A stretch of 52,991 bases of DNA from Lentisphaeria bacterium. Its GTDB lineage: Bacteria > Verrucomicrobiota > Lentisphaeria > JABSQK01 > JAWLHB01. The stretch is taken from contig JAWLHB010000023.1 of assembly GCA_041690595.1 (NCBI GenBank), positions 62,001-114,991 of the forward strand. The letters run 5' to 3'. Shown piece after piece: positions 48,801-52,991 of this stretch. Both the position numbers and the translations under genes were made by a program. A model generated the notes under the pieces. The model saw only the letters and a program-made list of their open reading frames with translations, was not told the DNA's origin and made no database searches. Every line of letters begins with the position of its first letter. The first letter of the stretch is position 1.

Positions 48801-49152
48801 TTACATGGTCGTCCTCTACCCGCGCCTGAAGGAGAACGATCCCCCCGCCACCTTCACACGCCTCGCCGACAGCGCCGTCAGGATAGAGACGCCCCTCAGC
48901 ACCGATTACGTCTTTCTCGCCCCCCACCCTTTCGACTACGCGGATGATCGCGTCGCCTTCAGCGGTCTTGGCGGTTCCATTCGCTTCTACAAGGACGGCA
49001 GGACCGTCATCGTCAATACCGACGGCGATGCCAGCTTTGCGGTCGACGGCAAACGATGGAGCGGCACGGGCGCCTTCATGATCACCCTGGCCGACGGCAA
49101 GGCCGCCAGCACGCTGCATGGCGAAGGGGCCTCCGTCCAGGCGGAAGAGTAG
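45877..49152 (+). CDS. Large secreted protein, heparinase II/III-like C-terminal region
   Basis: Signal peptide MLRNLALIVTLFGIFTAAAA; SGALYENVHY; PFGNS; GVTFRHG...HGHYEWEQDQMSYTLYAKGQP; WYRQVIF; NYFVIRD. Confidence 0.6.
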   Translation: MLRNLALIVTLFGIFTAAAAPHVVTLRDYLGRNWDDELVHDRLAFSPGELSVPRAAVTLKPGGAVPAQVSDVEYHDDGSIAAMKVWFKVTLLAGATIEATIQPGASGPADSTLRVQESADHLELTTQSSDGRIGVRLPRIDRTWNWPAQAQDVAAPLEAVLVPSGRWVGKGRLEVPFTVKSCRSEILANGPLFAEARVTYTFDTGYWTFTARLIDGAPMAIVREELDTGFNHDQAWDEVDRYFTFAFTDGTFAPDQVFYGSATNDQPHLETLLKGGMPEIVKTVNIRGNWFASTVRGYELNLDKPEEQFYFSGYQSVLNRIGGAIRVMESGGDAIGFAALDTAWWRNAMSLRFRVTDDREFVVSMPLQVYNQEWSVDGYGRNSPNYTGKTQFVPETTARRTYGIMLSKAENEVESLLLSLTTQGSKLGAFPLDNVKEWQFEIADPMADAEWAAETQTEAAEILQTMRNRIELRRQLGNLAEFSMGYHYGYAKGRWSKIKDTIDDPTKLTAEDRAEMRRLAIFDAYDQNSMNTFPWGTGFHLNNPNMSIMALEARVKSSLPVKDHPMFAEWGEWSLEFLKDYIRRFTFDSGALYENVHYSVGVTLSWAAQVNQILMDAGIGDGFDTDLFKRSMRFTLDWLTPPDPRFLGHRVAIPFGNSSYQSFPPDFANQFVGYYKDRDPELAGKLQWAANQTLPEDKQVSIVEEVIPKLESVHYGNYGVTFRHGFGTPYETMFAMLAGDCHGHYEWEQDQMSYTLYAKGQPINLHFGNGYFPMFGRSWLRNRVSIDMSYEKSERNPTQVMTASFTPEAEYLRASRGIDMLRKLETEYPLLNAKGAWSDDEKKSWPAVPEWTEIPMTLWYRQVIFMKDADPRGPNYFVIRDGFGGTPTRPTEVSYWMLSKEMQQEGDLFHFEGQADVNMDLFLHTPQGQAPETGEHSHVQQPYVRLVGFDPAYHPDGKLQERQQLIRWRQEPGDGYMVVLYPRLKENDPPATFTRLADSAVRIETPLSTDYVFLAPHPFDYADDRVAFSGLGGSIRFYKDGRTVIVNTDGDASFAVDGKRWSGTGAFMITLADGKAASTLHGEGASVQAEE

Positions 49153-49164
49153 CCCCCCGCGCGT

Positions 49165-50796
49165 TCAGCCGTGTAGATCCATGTCGGGGAAGCCGGGGCG
49201 CATGAAGGCACGCCGGAAATCACCCTCCGGAATCAGCGCCTCCAGATAGGGCATGGCATGCTCAATCCGCCGTACGCTTTCCGCGTAGAGCTCTTCGCAT
49301 TCCGCGAACCGTGAGCCATGGCCACCCAGGTTGAGATCGATCCCGCGTCCCATCATGGTGCGATAGGCGGCAAGATCGCCCTGCTTGCCCGGGACGCTGT
49401 GATTCCCGATGATGAAGCCCAGCGCCGACGCATCACCCTGATTCTGAATGCTGTCACCAGTAATGGCAAAGCGCTTGCCGTTGAAGTCGAGGATGTAGCC
49501 GCCATGGCAGTAGCTGTGCCCAGGCAGATGCACGCAGGTGATCTCCACATCATGCCACATATATGGCGTCTCTGAGCTGAGGGTGAGATCCATCGGCACA
49601 TACTCGAACCCCAGGTTGTACCAGGGCAGTGTGCAGCAATAGGGGAAATCCCACGGCGCTTTCAGCACCCGCGCCGTCAGATCCCAGGCCCCCACCGCGC
49701 ATCCATATCGCTGGATGAGCAACGGCGCCAGATCATAGTGGTCTCCATGGTGATGCGTAACCAGCGTCAACTCCACGCGCTTCAAGCCCGCTTCCTCTTC
49801 GAGCAACGCGAAATCAGCCACGAAATCCGCTTCACGGGTTGGCGAGCCATACTCGCAGGGCCCCGGATCGAAGACCAGGCCGTTACCGCCCTTGTCGATG
49901 AAGACGATCGTGTTCCCGGGCGCCTGGAACTGGTAGACGCCATCGTGCACCCTGCACCAGCGCCCAAGCCGTTCGCTGGCGGGAGCCGGCGCAGGCACAA
50001 ACCGTCCGGACGTCCACGCGCGCGCCTCGATGAACGCGTCGATCTTGTCAGCCAGCTCACGTGCCTGCCGGGGACCTTCGAGCAGCATCGGCCCCCTGGA
50101 TGGCAGAAAGAGATCGGTACCCAGCTCGCAGATGCCACGCAAGAGCGCCGGCATCTCTTCCAGGCATGTGCCGCCATAGCGACGTTCCAATCCATGTACA
50201 TCCACCAGGACGCTGGGATGCCGCAGGAGGTCGCCGGTGAAGAGGGCAAGCGGCCGGGCGCCGTCACTCAGCAGGAAGCCCAGCGCATGCACCCCGCCAT
50301 ACGCGGGCAGCGAGATAGGCTCGATAGTCAAGCCCTGCCAGTCAAAGCTCTCTCCGGCCTTGATAGACGGCCCCAGCTCGAGTGGTACCGCGGGCGGAAA
50401 CATCGTGATGCAACCCGCTACGCCAAAGGTTTCGCCGCCGCCGGTATCGCCCCACTTCTCCGGCTCATCCCAAACCGTATGGGCCTGACGGTGCCAGGCT
50501 TCATGGTCTCCCGCGAGCACCTCCAGCCCTTCCGGGACCCGCGTGAGCGCTTCAGGAAAGCTCTTTCCCTCGCGGCACAGTTCCGGCGTCACATGCGTAT
50601 GCAGAATCAGTTCTGGCATCGGCAGGCGGCGGTACTGCAGCAGCTTCCGCAGATTGGGCGTATGGCAGTTCACCAGGAGCGACTTGCCGTTGCGCACAAC
50701 CAGATAAGAGGTCTGATCGACCGAGAAGCTGTAGAGGGTGATATCCTCCCCCAGTAGCAGCTGGTCGGGAAGGGTACCGGGTGTGGGGCTCTGCAT
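49165..50796 (-). CDS. Tandem metallo-beta-lactamase fold hydrolase
   Basis: Degenerate N-terminal repeat (LHTHVTPE, FTGD) and intact C-terminal repeat (THHHGDH, PGHS, ITGD, GGHG). Confidence 0.8.
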   Translation of the reverse strand: MQSPTPGTLPDQLLLGEDITLYSFSVDQTSYLVVRNGKSLLVNCHTPNLRKLLQYRRLPMPELILHTHVTPELCREGKSFPEALTRVPEGLEVLAGDHEAWHRQAHTVWDEPEKWGDTGGGETFGVAGCITMFPPAVPLELGPSIKAGESFDWQGLTIEPISLPAYGGVHALGFLLSDGARPLALFTGDLLRHPSVLVDVHGLERRYGGTCLEEMPALLRGICELGTDLFLPSRGPMLLEGPRQARELADKIDAFIEARAWTSGRFVPAPAPASERLGRWCRVHDGVYQFQAPGNTIVFIDKGGNGLVFDPGPCEYGSPTREADFVADFALLEEEAGLKRVELTLVTHHHGDHYDLAPLLIQRYGCAVGAWDLTARVLKAPWDFPYCCTLPWYNLGFEYVPMDLTLSSETPYMWHDVEITCVHLPGHSYCHGGYILDFNGKRFAITGDSIQNQGDASALGFIIGNHSVPGKQGDLAAYRTMMGRGIDLNLGGHGSRFAECEELYAESVRRIEHAMPYLEALIPEGDFRRAFMRPGFPDMDLHG

Positions 50797-50802
50797 GGTG
50801 GT

Positions 50803-52155
50803 CTATCCTTGGTCGGCGGCTGGATGGATGACGGGGCGATACCCCTCGATTTCTTCGATTCGGCGGGTCATCAGCTCACGCAACCCGGCGCGAGTCTCGG
50901 CGTGGCCCGGCGCGGCGACCAGATTGCGGCGTTCATGGGGGTCCGCCTCCAGATCATAGAGATAATCCTCATGATAAACGTCACTGGCGGCAACATTGCC
51001 GGCTGCATCGAGCGCCCGGATGCTGTACTTCCAGCGATGCGTACGGATGCAGCGGCCGCACTGACTCTCGCTCAGTTGCGCGAAGACGTGATCCGTCCAG
51101 TCCGCGGCACCATTCACGGCCTCCTGCAGTGGACGTCCCTGCAGATCGGCCATGGGGGTGGCCCCGGCCGCCTGCACAATGGTCGCGGGAAGGTCGATCA
51201 GGCTCGCCATGGAGTCGACCACCTTTCCACCGGAGAAGCCGGGCCCGGCGATAATCATCGGCACCCGCAGGCAGTTGTCATGACAGGAGCGCTTGTACTC
51301 CGAATTGCGCGTACGGAAGTGCGAGCCATGGTCGCTCGTGTAGATGATCAGGGTATTCTCGGCCAGTCCAAGCAGCTCCAGCTCTTCACGAATGCGCCCG
51401 AGGTTGCGGTCGAGGCTCCAGCAGCAGCCGAGGTAATCGGGCAGGTGCTTGTGCCAGTCCCCCTCGGTGTCCGCCAGGTCGCCAGGGAGCTTGTAGTCGG
51501 CAAAGCGCTGCTTGCTGCCGATCGGCCCGATGTAGCGGTCGAGATCGTTCTGGTGGTGCGGCTCGATGTACGAGGCAAAGAGAAAGAAGGGTCGCTCTTC
51601 GCGCCGCGTCGTGTAGTCACGCAGATAATCCAGAACGAAATTGGTGGTGCAGTCCACCCGATAGCCTTCGAAATCGACGCGATTCATCTGGCCGTCGAAC
51701 ATGAAGCCTTCGTAGCCGCTGCTGGTGAATTCGAGGACATCCGCAGCCAGCCAGTGATCACGGTAACCGCCCCGCCGCTCAGGCGGCACCGGCCCAATAC
51801 GATAGTCGACCGGTTCACGCCCGGAAAGCTTCGAATCCGACGCCAGGTGCCATTTGCCGATGTAGGCGGTCTCGTAATCTGCTTCATGGAGACGATCAGC
51901 CAGAAAATCCCCACTCGGCGGCAGCGCGATACCATTGACATGGCAGCCCACCTGGGTCGCGTAGCGGCCCGTCTGCAGACATGCCCGAGCCGGTCCGCAC
52001 ACCGGCTGACAGGTGAAGGCGTTCTGAAAGCGCACACCCTCCGATGCCAGGCGGTCGAGGTTTGGAGTCAGACCATCGATGATCGGCCGGCCGTAGCACG
52101 ATACGGTGTCCCAGCGCTGCTGATCGCTGAAGAGGAAGAGGATATTCGGGCGCAT
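50803..52155 (-). CDS. Cys-type sulfatase
   Basis: RPNILFLFSDQQRWD, CGPAR formylglycine motif, GKWHL, EPHH, TSDHG, LYDLEADPHERRNL; AGGAG RBS. Confidence 0.94.
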   Translation of the reverse strand: MRPNILFLFSDQQRWDTVSCYGRPIIDGLTPNLDRLASEGVRFQNAFTCQPVCGPARACLQTGRYATQVGCHVNGIALPPSGDFLADRLHEADYETAYIGKWHLASDSKLSGREPVDYRIGPVPPERRGGYRDHWLAADVLEFTSSGYEGFMFDGQMNRVDFEGYRVDCTTNFVLDYLRDYTTRREERPFFLFASYIEPHHQNDLDRYIGPIGSKQRFADYKLPGDLADTEGDWHKHLPDYLGCCWSLDRNLGRIREELELLGLAENTLIIYTSDHGSHFRTRNSEYKRSCHDNCLRVPMIIAGPGFSGGKVVDSMASLIDLPATIVQAAGATPMADLQGRPLQEAVNGAADWTDHVFAQLSESQCGRCIRTHRWKYSIRALDAAGNVAASDVYHEDYLYDLEADPHERRNLVAAPGHAETRAGLRELMTRRIEEIEGYRPVIHPAADQG

Positions 52156-52297
52156 CGGATCTCCTGATTGAGAGGCTGGAAGTTTGCAGCCTACTACATA
52201 GCCTCTTCCGCCACTCCTGACAAGCCATGCCCAACAACATCTTTGACCCTCCCGCCCTCCGCCAAACCCCTTCAGGCACTTCCCCCTCACCCCAGAC

Positions 52298-52427
52298 ACA
52301 GGTACATTCCTCAGCCTGGGGACTGGTACATTCCCTCAGCCTGGGGACAGGTACTTCCCTCAGCCTGGGGACAGGTACTTCCCTCAGCCTGGGGACAGGT
52401 ACTTCCCTCAGCCTGGAAACAGGTAAC
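52298..52427. repeat. Tandem array of ~5.3 copies of a 24-bp unit
   Basis: ACAGGTACTTCCCTCAGCCTGGGG: exact at 52347-52370 and 52371-52394; variants at 52298, 52322 and 52395; partial at 52419. No spacers. Confidence 0.92.
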
Positions 52428-52595
52428 TTACTTGCTTGGTAGCTCTGTCGGTGGCTACAGTTGCGGCGTGCGGTACATCCTTATCTAGTTTCATCATAAT
52501 TGAGATACTAATCTACAGATTTCTTCTTTAAGATCTTGACAACAATGACTATGGCGGCAAGATTACGGCCATACCTACAACAAAGGGGAACAACG

Positions 52596-52991
52596 ATGCG
52601 AATGGCGCGGACGAAGCATCGGGGCGGGGGTTGCTACTATCATCTGACAAATCGAACGGCGGGTAGCGATAAGGACCGGCCCTTTGGCGATGTTGAGAAA
52701 CGGAAGTTCGAGAGTCAGGTGCATTCCTTGAGCAAGCTGTATTCACTGCAGCTCGTAAGTCTTTGCGTCATGTGCAATCATTTTCACCTCACACTTTTTG
52801 CTCCAGGCGAACCTCCGAGCCGGAAAGAAACTGCCCGCCGCTACAACAAATTCTACAAGGACAAGCACCCCATCACCGCCGACTCGCCCATCGCCGCCGA
52901 GCTGGCGCCGCGCCTCAACGACATCAGTTTCTTCATGCACGATCTGCAGCAGCGCTTCACGGTCTGGTTCAACAAGAGCCGCCCCATCCGG
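52596..52991 (+). CDS. HUH Y1 tyrosine transposase, RAYT/IS200-like (partial, runs off window end)
   Basis: Manual translation: MRMARTKHRGGGCYYHLTNR...LCVMCNHFHL (HUH motif)...LNDISFFMHDLQQRFTVWFNKSRPIR. Absent from the ORF track. Confidence 0.88.
   Translation, partial: MRMARTKHRGGGCYYHLTNRTAGSDKDRPFGDVEKRKFESQVHSLSKLYSLQLVSLCVMCNHFHLTLFAPGEPPSRKETARRYNKFYKDKHPITADSPIAAELAPRLNDISFFMHDLQQRFTVWFNKSRPIR

Noticed and set aside
52298..52427. CRISPR array
   Set aside because: Units are directly adjacent with no unique spacers, and there are no cas genes in the window.
52536..52564. Transposase promoter (TTGACA at 52536)
   Set aside because: Perfect -35 but no convincing -10 at 16-18 nt spacing.

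Overview
High-GC bacterial chromosomal window, most likely PVC superphylum and probably Lentisphaerota. The inference rests on three DUF1559/H-X9-DG pilin-like genes (two with R|FTLIELL), a sulfatase and large secreted glycan-active proteins. Contents from left to right: (1) the 5' half of an F-type ATP synthase operon (atpZ/I-atpI-atpB-atpE-atpF-atpH-atpA'), an LptF/G permease, an MFS transporter, tRNA-Tyr(GTA) and an aminotransferase; (2) a ~17 kb glycan-utilisation region with three pilin-like genes, a LacI regulator with a perfect palindromic operator, heparinase II/III-like, two GH123/DUF4091-like and one DUF4838 protein, plus a nonsense-interrupted four-helix-bundle gene bracketed by an imperfect 26-bp inverted repeat; (3) a stand-alone 16-heme cytochrome c/cytochrome b fusion (CbcL-like) behind a TGTGA-N6-TCACA box; (4) an FkbM-PL8-FkbH-ACP-GNAT-methyltransferase-deacetylase cluster; (5) folC, lon and an EEP hydrolase; (6) a kaiC-kaiB-PAS hybrid kinase operon; (7) a large lyase-like protein, a tandem MBL protein, a sulfatase, a 24-bp tandem array and the start of a RAYT/IS200-like HUH transposase missing from the ORF track. 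The most intriguing system is the Kai operon: it has no kaiA, KaiC has lost the S431 site and the C-terminal tail, and KaiB naturally carries the residues (A89/R91) engineered to lock cyanobacterial KaiB in its fold-switched state. This suggests a non-oscillating Kai sensor feeding a two-component kinase. All family assignments are by-eye motif recognition; no searches were run.
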